NCBI GenBank assembly: GCA_934675165.1
Contig: CAKUPP010000002.1
Coordinates: 3,718 to 67,717 of the forward strand
Length of the DNA stretch: 64,000 nt
DNA from: an uncultured Eubacteriales bacterium
GTDB lineage: Bacteria > Bacillota > Clostridia > Oscillospirales > Acutalibacteraceae
Reading direction: 5' to 3'
In this document: one piece after another, positions 41,970 to 51,952 of the stretch
Layout: each line of letters starts with the position of its first letter
How positions within the stretch are numbered: the first letter of the stretch is position 1
Notes under the pieces: model-generated
Seen by the model: the letters and a program-made list of their open reading frames with translations, nothing else
The model's database searches: none
Told to the model about the DNA's origin: nothing
Program-made: the position numbers and the translations under genes

Positions 41970-42905
41970 CTAAACAAGTGTTCTCTCTTTTTCGGTAAAT
42001 ACTTTCATTTTCCCATTTTTTATAGAAAAAATAATATTACCGTCTAAATCAGTTCTGTAAATTTTTGCTCCTATCTTATCAAGTCGATACAAAGTTTGTT
42101 CTTTTGGAAGATTATTTCTATCTGGCGCAACAGATATAACTGCATACTTGGGATTAACTTTATTCAAAAATTTTTTAGATGTAGATGTTTTACTTCCGTG
42201 ATGTCCTACCTTTAAGACTGTGGATCTAATATCAAAATTTTTTTTCAGTATGTCGATTTCTTCACTTTCTTGAGCATCTCCAGTAAATAAAAATTTCCAT
42301 TTTTGATAACTCATTTTAAAAACAAGAGAAGTATTATTTATATTTGTACTTTCTGTAATTGGACCATATATTTCAAATTTTAAATCTCCAAGTGAAAATT
42401 TTTCACCACTTATAGCCGTTTTTACACAAACATTTTTAGAAATTAGTGCTCTAAGCATTCGTTCATATGTTACAGAAGTGGGTATAATCGCTTCTAGAAC
42501 TTTAGATTTAATAAACTTACCTATTTCAAAGTTTTTTATGACATCTTCCATCTGCCCTATGTGATCACGATGAAGATGAGAAACAAACACATAATCCAAT
42601 TTTTTAACATTCATTCTATGAAGATATTCACAAACAATATTATTAGGCTCTCTATCAGCCGCATCGATTAAAATATTATAATCTTTATACTTTACATAAC
42701 AACAATCTGCCTTACCTACAGCCAAAAAATGCACCTCCATATCGCTGTCTCGAAAATCTGTAGAAAGATCACAAACTTTAGCAAAATTAAATAAATCATG
42801 CCAAGACAAATTTTTTAAAATAGCTGAATCAATCGCCCAAAAAAATGATAAAATAACAGCTATCAGGAGTATTAATATTTTAGCCGATTTTTTTGTTAAT
42901 TTCAC
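41970..42905 (-). CDS. ComEC-related metallo-beta-lactamase-fold hydrolase with an N-terminal anchor.
   Basis: HLHRDH (HxHxDH) and VGHHGS motifs, and an N-terminal TM segment. Confidence 0.75.
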   Translation of the reverse strand: MKLTKKSAKILILLIAVILSFFWAIDSAILKNLSWHDLFNFAKVCDLSTDFRDSDMEVHFLAVGKADCCYVKYKDYNILIDAADREPNNIVCEYLHRMNVKKLDYVFVSHLHRDHIGQMEDVIKNFEIGKFIKSKVLEAIIPTSVTYERMLRALISKNVCVKTAISGEKFSLGDLKFEIYGPITESTNINNTSLVFKMSYQKWKFLFTGDAQESEEIDILKKNFDIRSTVLKVGHHGSKTSTSKKFLNKVNPKYAVISVAPDRNNLPKEQTLYRLDKIGAKIYRTDLDGNIIFSIKNGKMKVFTEKERTLV

Positions 42906-42933
42906 TTTAATTCTCCATATTTTATTAAGATCA

Positions 42934-45279
42934 TTAGTTTTTCTTATTTATATCCATTTCTAAAAATTGCTGATAATTTATGAGCACCTGTCTCGGTTTG
43001 GATCCTTCATATGGGCCAACTACACCCAATTGTTCCATTTCATCCATCAAACGACCTGCACGCGCATAACCTACTCTAAGTTTTCTTTGCAAAAATGAAG
43101 TAGACGCTTGTCCTGCTTCAACAACGCATTTTATAGCTTCTGTTATAGCTGAATCTAATGAATTTTCTCCACTTGCTGATTCATCATTTTTTGAATTTTC
43201 AGTAACCGCATTTTTTTCAATTTCTTCTGCAATTTTTACGTCGTAAGAAGACTCTTGTGAATTTTTTAAAAATTTTATCACATTTTCTATTTCTCCATCG
43301 GTAACATAGCACCCTTGCACTCTTATAGGTTTTGAAGATCCCACTGGAGAAAAAAGCATATCTCCACGCCCTAAAAGCTTTTCAGCACCGCTCATATCTA
43401 AAATTGTTCTTGAATCTATCTGTGACGAAACTGCAAGAGCGATTCTACTCGGAATATTTGCCTTAATTATTCCGGTTATAACATCAACCGAAGGCCTCTG
43501 AGTAGCAATAACAATATGCATCCCAGCAGCTCTGGCCATTTGAGCCAATCTACACACATAATCTTCAACTTCGCGCGGGGCAGCCATCATAAGATCAGAA
43601 AGTTCATCTATTATTATAACTATTTGCGGCATTTTTTCCAAAATTTCGCCCTCTTTATCAGTTACCAATGGATGACTATCAATAAATTTATTATACGATT
43701 CCAAATCTCTAACATTATTCTCTGCAAATTTTTTATACCGTAATAGCATTTCATTAACAGCCCAATTTAATGCGCCAGCCGCTTTACGCGCATCGGTAAC
43801 AACAGGAACAAGTAAGTGCGGTATCCCATTATATATTCCCAATTCTACAACTTTAGGATCTATCATTAAAAGCTTTACTTCATCCGGGCGAGCTTTATAC
43901 AATATACTGATTATAAATGAATTTATACACACAGATTTGCCAGAACCTGTTGAACCAGCTATTAAAAGATGGGGCATTTTTGCTAAATCAGTTATCATTA
44001 TATCTCCTGAGATGTCTCTTCCCAAAACAACAGATAATTTACTACCAGCAGATATAAACTTGGAAGAAGATATAAGCTCTTTCATATTTACAACACTTAC
44101 AACCTTATTCGGAATTTCAACACCAACTGCGGCTTTACCAGGTATTGGTGCCTCTATACGCACTCCAGAAGCAGCCAAATTAAGCGCTATATCATCGGCA
44201 AGAGTTGTAATTTTACTTATCTTCACACCGGCGGCTGGCTGAAGTTCATATCTTGTAACAGCAGGGCCTCGGCTTATATCAACAATTTTTGTTTGAACAT
44301 TGAAACTTTTTAAAGTGTCTACTAAAATTTTACCATTATTACTAAGTTCAAAACTAATATCATGATCGTCAGGATCAACAGATGAATTTAAAAGATTGAT
44401 CGGAGGAAATTCATAATTTTCTTTATTTTCACCAAACAATGATTTTTCTACACTAAATTTAATATCATTTTTTTCCTCCAGATTTTTTTCGGTGAAATTC
44501 GATTGATTATTTTTATCCTTTGATAAAAACTTTTCTGTTACTTTTAATATATCATCATTTTCTTCGCTAAAATTAATCGGAGTTTCATCTTCAATTGTAT
44601 TACTGGGAAATTTACTATTTGAATTAAGTAGTTCTAATTTTTCATCATTTAAAATTTCTTTTTCTTCAATTTTTTTAGATTTTTCAGACTTCTTTTTGCA
44701 AACATAATCATCAATTTTACTTCTCAACCAAAAGAAGGTATCAGAAACTGCTTTTAAAAAATCACTTAACTTTGCTCCAGTTAAAAAAATAGTAAGCAAA
44801 AATAATATTATCAGTGCAGTAGCTTTTGCACCTGCTAAGCCGAACCCCCACACGGCAAAAGCTCCTAAAATTGCTCCAATAAAACCGGAATTAAAATTAA
44901 ATTTTCCTGATACACATTCTTGAAATAAAGACTTCCAAAATCCCAAAGACAGATTCTGAGAGTTACCCCATACAAAAATATATACCGCTGCGCTTAAAAA
45001 AAATATACCCATTACCGAAATCCAATACTTTAGCAAAAACTTATTACTTATTTTCCCCATAGTATCAGCAATAACCCAAATTGCACCTAAAATTGGAATT
45101 AAAACACAACAAATCCCAAACAATGCAAAAATAAAATTATGCACTACACGCCAAATATTTTCTCCACGAATAATAATTAAACTCATTAAAAACAAAGAAC
45201 CGCAAAACATTAATATATTTTTAACGTTTGTTTTCTGAACACCGTACTCAATTTTTGATATTTTTTTCTTCTTTTTCAA
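42934..45279 (-). CDS. ftsK: FtsK/SpoIIIE-family DNA translocase.
   Basis: N-terminal TM segments, Walker A GSTGSGKS, and the C-terminal gamma winged helix LQRKLRVGYARAGRLMDEME. Confidence 0.9.
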   Translation of the reverse strand: MKKKKKISKIEYGVQKTNVKNILMFCGSLFLMSLIIIRGENIWRVVHNFIFALFGICCVLIPILGAIWVIADTMGKISNKFLLKYWISVMGIFFLSAAVYIFVWGNSQNLSLGFWKSLFQECVSGKFNFNSGFIGAILGAFAVWGFGLAGAKATALIILFLLTIFLTGAKLSDFLKAVSDTFFWLRSKIDDYVCKKKSEKSKKIEEKEILNDEKLELLNSNSKFPSNTIEDETPINFSEENDDILKVTEKFLSKDKNNQSNFTEKNLEEKNDIKFSVEKSLFGENKENYEFPPINLLNSSVDPDDHDISFELSNNGKILVDTLKSFNVQTKIVDISRGPAVTRYELQPAAGVKISKITTLADDIALNLAASGVRIEAPIPGKAAVGVEIPNKVVSVVNMKELISSSKFISAGSKLSVVLGRDISGDIMITDLAKMPHLLIAGSTGSGKSVCINSFIISILYKARPDEVKLLMIDPKVVELGIYNGIPHLLVPVVTDARKAAGALNWAVNEMLLRYKKFAENNVRDLESYNKFIDSHPLVTDKEGEILEKMPQIVIIIDELSDLMMAAPREVEDYVCRLAQMARAAGMHIVIATQRPSVDVITGIIKANIPSRIALAVSSQIDSRTILDMSGAEKLLGRGDMLFSPVGSSKPIRVQGCYVTDGEIENVIKFLKNSQESSYDVKIAEEIEKNAVTENSKNDESASGENSLDSAITEAIKCVVEAGQASTSFLQRKLRVGYARAGRLMDEMEQLGVVGPYEGSKPRQVLINYQQFLEMDINKKN

Positions 45280-45318
45280 TGTCTTCTACAACCCTACTCT
45301 TTCTATGAAATAATTATT

Positions 45319-46260
45319 CTATAACGCAGCACCCGTAAATATATTAACTCCATTTATATATTCAATAATTCCGATAACAGACACAATTACTCCTACAACA
45401 AAAGTGTAAATAACAAATACCATCATCTTATCTGTTTTCAAAAGCCACTTAAATAACTTAATTGATAAAAATCCAACAACAGCTGCAACTAACATTCCCA
45501 CAATTACTACTGGTAACTCATTAAAATGAATTGCATTCACTTCGACAGCTTCTTTGGTTTCTAAAACAGCAGCAGCTACAATTGCAGGTATACCTAAAAT
45601 GAAAGAATAATCAAGCGCTGCTTGCTTATTTATGCCACGAATAAGTCCCGTTGAAAGAGTTGATCCTGAACGAGATACACCCGGAAAAACCGCTGCAATA
45701 AATTGAGTTATACCAACAAATAAAGCATCTAAAATTGTAAAATTCGTTCTCCCCTCCCAAATTTCGTTTTGAGGAGTCAATTTTGAACGCACACGAATAC
45801 GATTTTGTGCATTTATTCCCATTTTTAGCAATACAGAGGTAACAATAAGAGCTATTCCCACTATAAATATATTTTTATCGCCAGCGAGTTCTTGCGCTAC
45901 TCCTTTTACATTTGTTCCACTGCCAGGAACAGGAACAAACATTAAAAACAATGGCACCAAACCAAGTATAAGCATAATTACCATATTTTGAGATTTTGTA
46001 AGATCTTTGAGACTAAACTTACCTGTAAAAAATTTTTTTAATATTTCAAAAAATGCTCTAACAAGCTCTATAAGAGTTTTATAATAAACAGCCACAACGG
46101 CAATAAGTGTACCTAAATGCAACATAACACTAAAAAAAAGGTTGTTTTCATTCACACCTAAAATATGTTGAGAAATCATTAAGTGCCCACTACTTGATAC
46201 CGGTAAAAATTCTGTTAACCCCTGAACTATTCCTTGAATTATTGAATCTAAAATTGTCAT
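45319..46260 (-). CDS. uppP: Undecaprenyl-diphosphate phosphatase.
   Basis: GLTEFLPVSSSGHL motif and SRSGSTL, in a polytopic protein. Confidence 0.9.
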   Translation of the reverse strand: MTILDSIIQGIVQGLTEFLPVSSSGHLMISQHILGVNENNLFFSVMLHLGTLIAVVAVYYKTLIELVRAFFEILKKFFTGKFSLKDLTKSQNMVIMLILGLVPLFLMFVPVPGSGTNVKGVAQELAGDKNIFIVGIALIVTSVLLKMGINAQNRIRVRSKLTPQNEIWEGRTNFTILDALFVGITQFIAAVFPGVSRSGSTLSTGLIRGINKQAALDYSFILGIPAIVAAAVLETKEAVEVNAIHFNELPVVIVGMLVAAVVGFLSIKLFKWLLKTDKMMVFVIYTFVVGVIVSVIGIIEYINGVNIFTGAAL

Positions 46261-46559
46261 ACTATATGCTCCTGACTAAAATTTATATTTTTAGAAATAA
46301 AACTTTTATGTATTTACTGATTTATTTCTTTTATTTAAATTATATCAGATTTTTTTAATTTTAAATATAAAAAATAAAAATTTTTTTAAATATCTACATC
46401 CAAATAATTCAAGTATTACCTAAATAAATAACATATATAATTTATTTTTCTAAAATATCATAAAAAAATCACGATGCATTCGTAAAAATTTTGAATTCAT
46501 TTTGCTTTAATCATCTGCCTAATACAAATTTTTACTCAATATCATCGCGTACAAACAAT

Positions 46560-47342
46560 CTAAGTTGAAAATAATATAAATTTTATTGTAGAAAGTGGAC
46601 TATCAGATTTTATAATATTTATTTTTTCTATTAAACAATTATTTATGAACCATTTAAAACTGGGAATCACTAAGCAAAATTTATACTTATTATTAAAAAT
46701 ATAATCTTGCCCAAATTCTTTACCATAAGTTTTTCTTCCAACAAGGTACACATTATTTAAATTTGCATATAAAGAATATGCTAGTATTTCTGCACTGCTA
46801 GCAGTATTCTCATCAACTAATATAAATATATGTTTAAAGTTATACATTTTTTTATTTGAGTAATATGTAACCATTTTATTTTTGTATCTAAGGGTAACTA
46901 TCTCTCTCTCTGGTAAAAATAAATCACATATATCTACGCATTGCTTAAGGTAGCCACCACCACATCCTCTTAAATCTAGTATAAGATTTTCTTTTTTTAC
47001 ATCATTTAAAATTTTAATTAAATCTGTATATAAACTTTTACTCCATAAGTTAAGCTTTATATATAAAGAGTTTTTAAAATAAATATCTGTAAAACACGAT
47101 TTTAAATCCATTTTCCTTTTGCGACAACGATAAAATTGCGTATACAGACTTCCTCTGGTATCAACAATAAAATTTTCCATATCTTCATAAGAAATTTTAT
47201 TTTTACTAAGCAAATTTTGTTTTTTATAAAAATATTTTTCAGACTCTTTAAAAAATATATCATTATTTTCATAATATTGTATACATTTTTCAACAATACT
47301 TCGAGAAAGAAACTTTTTTTCAAATAGCATATTATTCATCAA
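46560..47342 (-). CDS. S41 (C-terminal-processing/Tsp-like) serine peptidase homolog without a signal peptide. Last gene of the RiPP-like operon.
   Basis: LILDLRGCGGG, ILVDENTASSAEILAYSL (Ser nucleophile context) and GRKTYGKEFGQ (Lys). It overlaps the upstream gene by 11 nt. Confidence 0.65.
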   Translation of the reverse strand: MMNNMLFEKKFLSRSIVEKCIQYYENNDIFFKESEKYFYKKQNLLSKNKISYEDMENFIVDTRGSLYTQFYRCRKRKMDLKSCFTDIYFKNSLYIKLNLWSKSLYTDLIKILNDVKKENLILDLRGCGGGYLKQCVDICDLFLPEREIVTLRYKNKMVTYYSNKKMYNFKHIFILVDENTASSAEILAYSLYANLNNVYLVGRKTYGKEFGQDYIFNNKYKFCLVIPSFKWFINNCLIEKINIIKSDSPLSTIKFILFST

Positions 47343-48000
47343 TCACATTTCCGACGTTATCAAGTAGTTTTTTAGTGTTTATAAAAAGTATTTCTGAATT
47401 ATTTTTTCTATTAATTAACAAGCAAATACCAGTTATTACAATAGAAATTAAAACACAAATTAACAATGTTTTTTTATTAGCATCAAGAACATTTGGAAAG
47501 AAAAATACACAAGCCACAATAGCAAAACTAAACAATCCGAATGGCATTTGCAAACATTGTTTTACAATAGAATAATCAACAAAATATAAAGTATTCGATA
47601 AAACAAGTGAAAAAGCTAAAAATATATTTATCAAACCAAAAACAATCATATCCATATTTAGATTTATGCCAAATATCAATGAAAATAATATGAGAACTAT
47701 ATATGAATATATGTAACTACTTACTGTAATAATTACTGCATTGCATACCCAGTTTTTTTTAGGAGTAAATGGCGTAGCCAAAAGATATCCACTATAAATT
47801 AAATCTTCAGGGTTCCAATGAATAAACATACTCAAATATGTAACCACCGTAGAAAAATAAAAAAACATTTTTTCTTTTGGTATCTTCAAAAAATAAAACA
47901 AAATAAAACATACAAGTGGTAACAATATAAGGCCTAGTAATTTTCTACTGTTTTTAAGTTCTTTCCACCTTTTCCAAATTAACGCTTTAATAAAAATCAC
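47332..48000 (-). CDS. Polytopic membrane protein (about 6 TM). Putative ABC-2-type permease or immunity component.
   Basis: Hydrophobicity pattern. 4-nt overlap with the upstream gene and 11-nt overlap with the downstream gene. Confidence 0.55.
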   Translation of the reverse strand: MIFIKALIWKRWKELKNSRKLLGLILLPLVCFILFYFLKIPKEKMFFYFSTVVTYLSMFIHWNPEDLIYSGYLLATPFTPKKNWVCNAVIITVSSYIYSYIVLILFSLIFGINLNMDMIVFGLINIFLAFSLVLSNTLYFVDYSIVKQCLQMPFGLFSFAIVACVFFFPNVLDANKKTLLICVLISIVITGICLLINRKNNSEILFINTKKLLDNVGNVIDE

Positions 48001-48617
48001 TCCTTTATTACAATTTTTTCAAATGATGTACAATGAAAAAATTTTTTATAAACTATAGCATTTAAAAATACCAGACATAACATAACTATTGGCACACAAG
48101 AGCAACTACATTTATTTATGGTATCAAATACAAAAAATAATATTCCAAAACTTAAATTTACAATAAAATAAACGTGCACTTTTTTCATAAATAAAAACAT
48201 TGAATAAATATTTAATGAAAATATAAAAAACATTGCTAACGATATTACAAAAATCAACACATCACTAAGTTTTGCAAACTTTAAAGCAAAACTAAAAGTT
48301 AATACTATACATATCTTTATGTACGCAGCAAAAACATAGCTTTCAATTAAAGTTCTCGGAGAAAAAGGCAACGTACAAAGTATCTGATTATTTAAACCAA
48401 ACACAGTATCAAAATTTATCAGCACATCAAACACAATACTCGTAACAAAAACACACAACAATGTACCAATTAATGATATATCAATTCTTAATAGTACACA
48501 TACTACAATTACGTAACTAATACTTATTATTTTTCGATTTTTTATTTTTTTATTTTGAAACCAAAAAAATGTTAGCCCATTTTGTATTGTCGACTTTATT
48601 ACCGAATTGATTTTCAT
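47997..48617 (-). CDS. Polytopic membrane protein (about 6 TM). Putative ABC-2-type permease or immunity component.
   Basis: Hydrophobicity pattern, immediately downstream of the ABC ATPase. Confidence 0.55.
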   Translation of the reverse strand: MKINSVIKSTIQNGLTFFWFQNKKIKNRKIISISYVIVVCVLLRIDISLIGTLLCVFVTSIVFDVLINFDTVFGLNNQILCTLPFSPRTLIESYVFAAYIKICIVLTFSFALKFAKLSDVLIFVISLAMFFIFSLNIYSMFLFMKKVHVYFIVNLSFGILFFVFDTINKCSCSCVPIVMLCLVFLNAIVYKKFFHCTSFEKIVIKE

Positions 48618-48621
48618 AAGT

Positions 48622-49380
48622 CTACCCTTCTATTCCAAACACTTTTCTATATATAAACTCCAAGTCAATTTTATTGTCAGCATTTTTATCATTAGGACAA
48701 TATTTCTCTATTAAGGAATCTAAGTCAGATTCTTCTATTATTTGACCTTTATTTATAAAACCATATCTATCACACATTTTCTCCAACTCAGACAAATTGT
48801 GTGAATTTATAAATACAGTCACTCCACGCTCTTTAGCTACTTTAACATAATTTCTAACCATAAAAATTCCTTCAACATCTAATCCTACCGTTGGTTCATC
48901 CAAAATTAAAAGTTTAGGTTTATTAATAAAAGCTCTGGCAAGAGCTAATCTTTGCTTTTGCCCTTTAGAAAACATTATTATTTTTTCGTTCATTTTTTGC
49001 TTCAAATCAACTAAATCTAATACTGACATAATATCTGATCTTCTATCAGATGCAGTTGCCATGGGATAATAAATTCTATGAAAAAATTCAATATTTTCAT
49101 ACGCAGTTAAATCTTTGTATAACCCTAAATTATCTAAAACACACCCTATTTTATATTTTTTTTCAATAAACTTATTGTCATTTACACCAATTCCATCTAC
49201 TGTTATAATTCCTGAAGACAAAAAATAAATATTAAGAAGCAATCGAACAAAAGTACTTTTTCCTGCACCGTTAGGACCTATTAACCCATAAACTTCTCCG
49301 CTTTTTATATGTAAATTTATATTTTGTAAAATATTTTTTCCATTTATAGATTTACAAACATTTTTTGCGATTATTTCCAT
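48622..49380 (-). CDS. ABC transporter ATP-binding protein (ABC-2/bacitracin-type).
   Basis: Walker A GPNGAGKST, signature FSKGQKQRLALARA, Walker B LLILDEPT. It overlaps the upstream rSAM gene by 10 nt. Confidence 0.85.
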   Translation of the reverse strand: MEIIAKNVCKSINGKNILQNINLHIKSGEVYGLIGPNGAGKSTFVRLLLNIYFLSSGIITVDGIGVNDNKFIEKKYKIGCVLDNLGLYKDLTAYENIEFFHRIYYPMATASDRRSDIMSVLDLVDLKQKMNEKIIMFSKGQKQRLALARAFINKPKLLILDEPTVGLDVEGIFMVRNYVKVAKERGVTVFINSHNLSELEKMCDRYGFINKGQIIEESDLDSLIEKYCPNDKNADNKIDLEFIYRKVFGIEG

Positions 49381-50513
49381 AAAGACTCCTCCAATATATA
49401 GTTGCAGTTTTGCCGAGGATCATTAAAAATGCATCTGTCACAAGCATATCTAAATTCACACAACGCACAAACCATGTCATCATCTATTTTATTATTCCAA
49501 TAATTTTCCATAATACTTTTTATAACTGTAGACCACTTATCGAAAATGACATTTCCGACTTTTTTATTTTTGATAATATCGTAGTCAAAATCATTATTCA
49601 CACAATAATTACTAAATTTTGTATCACTAATACATGCACCTAAACACGGATATACATCCCCATTTTCCATTATAGCTATCTTTCCATTCAAACATTTATT
49701 GTGTTCTTTTCGTAAGAAAAAATTAAATATGTCCATATTTGGCATATTATTTTTATTAATTTTTGGCGCACGAGTAGAAGAAATTAGTACTGTCCACTCA
49801 GAAGGAATCGCTATGTTTTTCTTATTTTCTAAAGAGCAGTATACAACCAATGTAACGTTTTTGTATTCTTTATAATTTTCTACAATCTTACTAATATTGT
49901 CAGCATCAAAGAGCGATATCAAAATCGATAATTTTTTATTATATCCCTCAACTCGTTTCATTCCGTTAGTGCTTACTGTAAAGGTCATATTAAGGTATGA
50001 AATAAAATCACATAAAACCATTAAATCAGGATATAAAACACATTCCCCGCCAGTCAAAATAATATGTTTACATCCAAATTTTTTTAAATTACGTACGACC
50101 TCTTTCCATTTTTTCAAACTCATACACCTATCAGTGTTTTCACTTTTAAAACAAGTCGGACAAAATACTTTTCCGCAATTATAACATGAAAGATTACAAT
50201 CATTCGTTAGTTTTAGAATTGCTGAACTTATATATGGAACATCCTTAAAAAATCTTTTATTATTAAAAATATTAGTAAGTCTGTATTTATCAATAAAAAT
50301 AGGGTTATTACTTATAATTCCCCAGTTATTATCAGATAAAGATTCAAAAATTTCTTTTTGTTCTACAGACACAGTTTTATTCTTTTCGCATTCTTTCAAC
50401 AAATAAGCTAAATTATTATCAATCCAAAGAGATTTTTTGCTTAAAATATTTTGTAAAAGAGATTTATTTTTACCCACAACTAAATACACTTCTGGTAACA
50501 ATCTAAAATACAC
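49371..50513 (-). CDS. Radical SAM/SPASM peptide maturase with an N-terminal RRE (PqqD-like) region.
   Basis: CNLSCYNC (Cx3Cx2C). C-terminal SPASM Cys pattern C-x15-C ... CALCEFRYACDRC ... C. The N-terminal ~90 aa (YFRLLPEVYLVVGKNKSLLQNI...) resemble a leader-binding domain. The GTG start overlaps the upstream stop by 1 nt. Confidence 0.8.
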   Translation of the reverse strand: MYFRLLPEVYLVVGKNKSLLQNILSKKSLWIDNNLAYLLKECEKNKTVSVEQKEIFESLSDNNWGIISNNPIFIDKYRLTNIFNNKRFFKDVPYISSAILKLTNDCNLSCYNCGKVFCPTCFKSENTDRCMSLKKWKEVVRNLKKFGCKHIILTGGECVLYPDLMVLCDFISYLNMTFTVSTNGMKRVEGYNKKLSILISLFDADNISKIVENYKEYKNVTLVVYCSLENKKNIAIPSEWTVLISSTRAPKINKNNMPNMDIFNFFLRKEHNKCLNGKIAIMENGDVYPCLGACISDTKFSNYCVNNDFDYDIIKNKKVGNVIFDKWSTVIKSIMENYWNNKIDDDMVCALCEFRYACDRCIFNDPRQNCNYILEESLWK

Positions 50514-51916
50514 TATGCCATATCCCCCATTCTATTCAAACGAGTATAATAATCTGTTGTTATTTCTTCAAAAAGTTTTGGATTTTGTTCCAGCAATTCG
50601 GTATATTCTATTAACAGTTGTTTTATAAAATTTATTTGCCTATTGCATATTTTTTCATCATATTTAAACCCTTTTTCTAAACAAAAATCTTTGAAACACA
50701 ATGAACATAATCTCGATATTTTACATTTTTCGCAGTGATTATTCATAGTATCATTATATTCACTTAGCATTTTTGAAATAATCTTATAATTAAGGCCTGA
50801 AAATACGTTACCAATTTTTTTTTGATTATTTACTTTTTCACATACTATAAAATCTCCAGTTGACTCAACATATATTTTTTCTCCCGGAACACACGTTGAT
50901 GTATATGCCCGTATACTGGGTAATTCTTCTGCAACCATTCTGTGGTAAGCAAAGCTTCCATAAATATCACCAAAAAAATTATATATAAAAGAATCTTTTT
51001 TTATTTCATCATTTATTGATTTTTGAAAAAATTCATTTTTTACAATATTAAAATTATTAATAAAGTTTTGTTTATTATTTGCAGAAAATTGTTTGTAGTA
51101 TTTAGCACTCTCTGAAACGGCAGCAGCACGCAATATATTAATATCATATTCATCTGCAAATTCACTAAATTTTTTCATATCAGTTTTATAATCATAACAG
51201 GCAGACACAAACACCGCTTGTCCAGGATAATTATTTTTAAAATTATGGTAGTTATTGTACACTATATCAAATGTAGGTTTACCATTTATAAACAACCTAT
51301 TTCTATCATGATTTTCCTTATACCCATCTATACTAACCAAAACATGAAACTTATTTTCGTATAAAAATTTTTGAATGCTATCATTTAATAACACTCCATT
51401 GGTTGTTATATGCCACTTTACTTTATTTATGTATTCTGGGTATGTAATTTTAATATATTCAACAATTTTCTTTATCAGTTTAAAATTTAGCAAAGGCTCC
51501 CCACCATAAAAACTAATTACAGGTACTCGTTGAGGATTTCTATCAACCACTATTTTAAAATTTTCAAAATAATAATCTACTGCTTTTTTGGCAACATCTA
51601 AACTCATTGAGTTAATACCATGATTCCTCGTAAAATCATAATTTTCAGAATAAGTACAATATTTGCACCTTAAATTACATTTCGAAGTAACTTCTAAAAT
51701 TAACTGCTTAAAACCATTTGCATTATCAATTAAATATTTCTTTACATCACTTACTGTAACTTTATTTAATTTTTCACTTGCTTTAATAAATTTTTTAACA
51801 GCTCTGTACTTTTCAATATCAATTTTGTTTCTAACTTTAAAAAATATATGCCCAGTAACGTTATCATATATGTAATTATTACTTAATTTAGTTTTAAATT
51901 CTATACACTTATCCAA
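50513..51916 (-). CDS. Radical SAM/SPASM peptide maturase (anSME-like, 467 aa).
   Basis: SKCNLRCKYC (Cx3Cx2C), and GGEPLL. SPASM pattern C-x16-C ... CEKCKISRLCSLC ... C. The TTG start follows GGAGGGGGG. Confidence 0.85.
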   Translation of the reverse strand: MDKCIEFKTKLSNNYIYDNVTGHIFFKVRNKIDIEKYRAVKKFIKASEKLNKVTVSDVKKYLIDNANGFKQLILEVTSKCNLRCKYCTYSENYDFTRNHGINSMSLDVAKKAVDYYFENFKIVVDRNPQRVPVISFYGGEPLLNFKLIKKIVEYIKITYPEYINKVKWHITTNGVLLNDSIQKFLYENKFHVLVSIDGYKENHDRNRLFINGKPTFDIVYNNYHNFKNNYPGQAVFVSACYDYKTDMKKFSEFADEYDINILRAAAVSESAKYYKQFSANNKQNFINNFNIVKNEFFQKSINDEIKKDSFIYNFFGDIYGSFAYHRMVAEELPSIRAYTSTCVPGEKIYVESTGDFIVCEKVNNQKKIGNVFSGLNYKIISKMLSEYNDTMNNHCEKCKISRLCSLCFKDFCLEKGFKYDEKICNRQINFIKQLLIEYTELLEQNPKLFEEITTDYYTRLNRMGDMA

Positions 51917-51952
51917 AAATGTCCCCCCTCCTTCGCATAAAGATAAAAAAAA

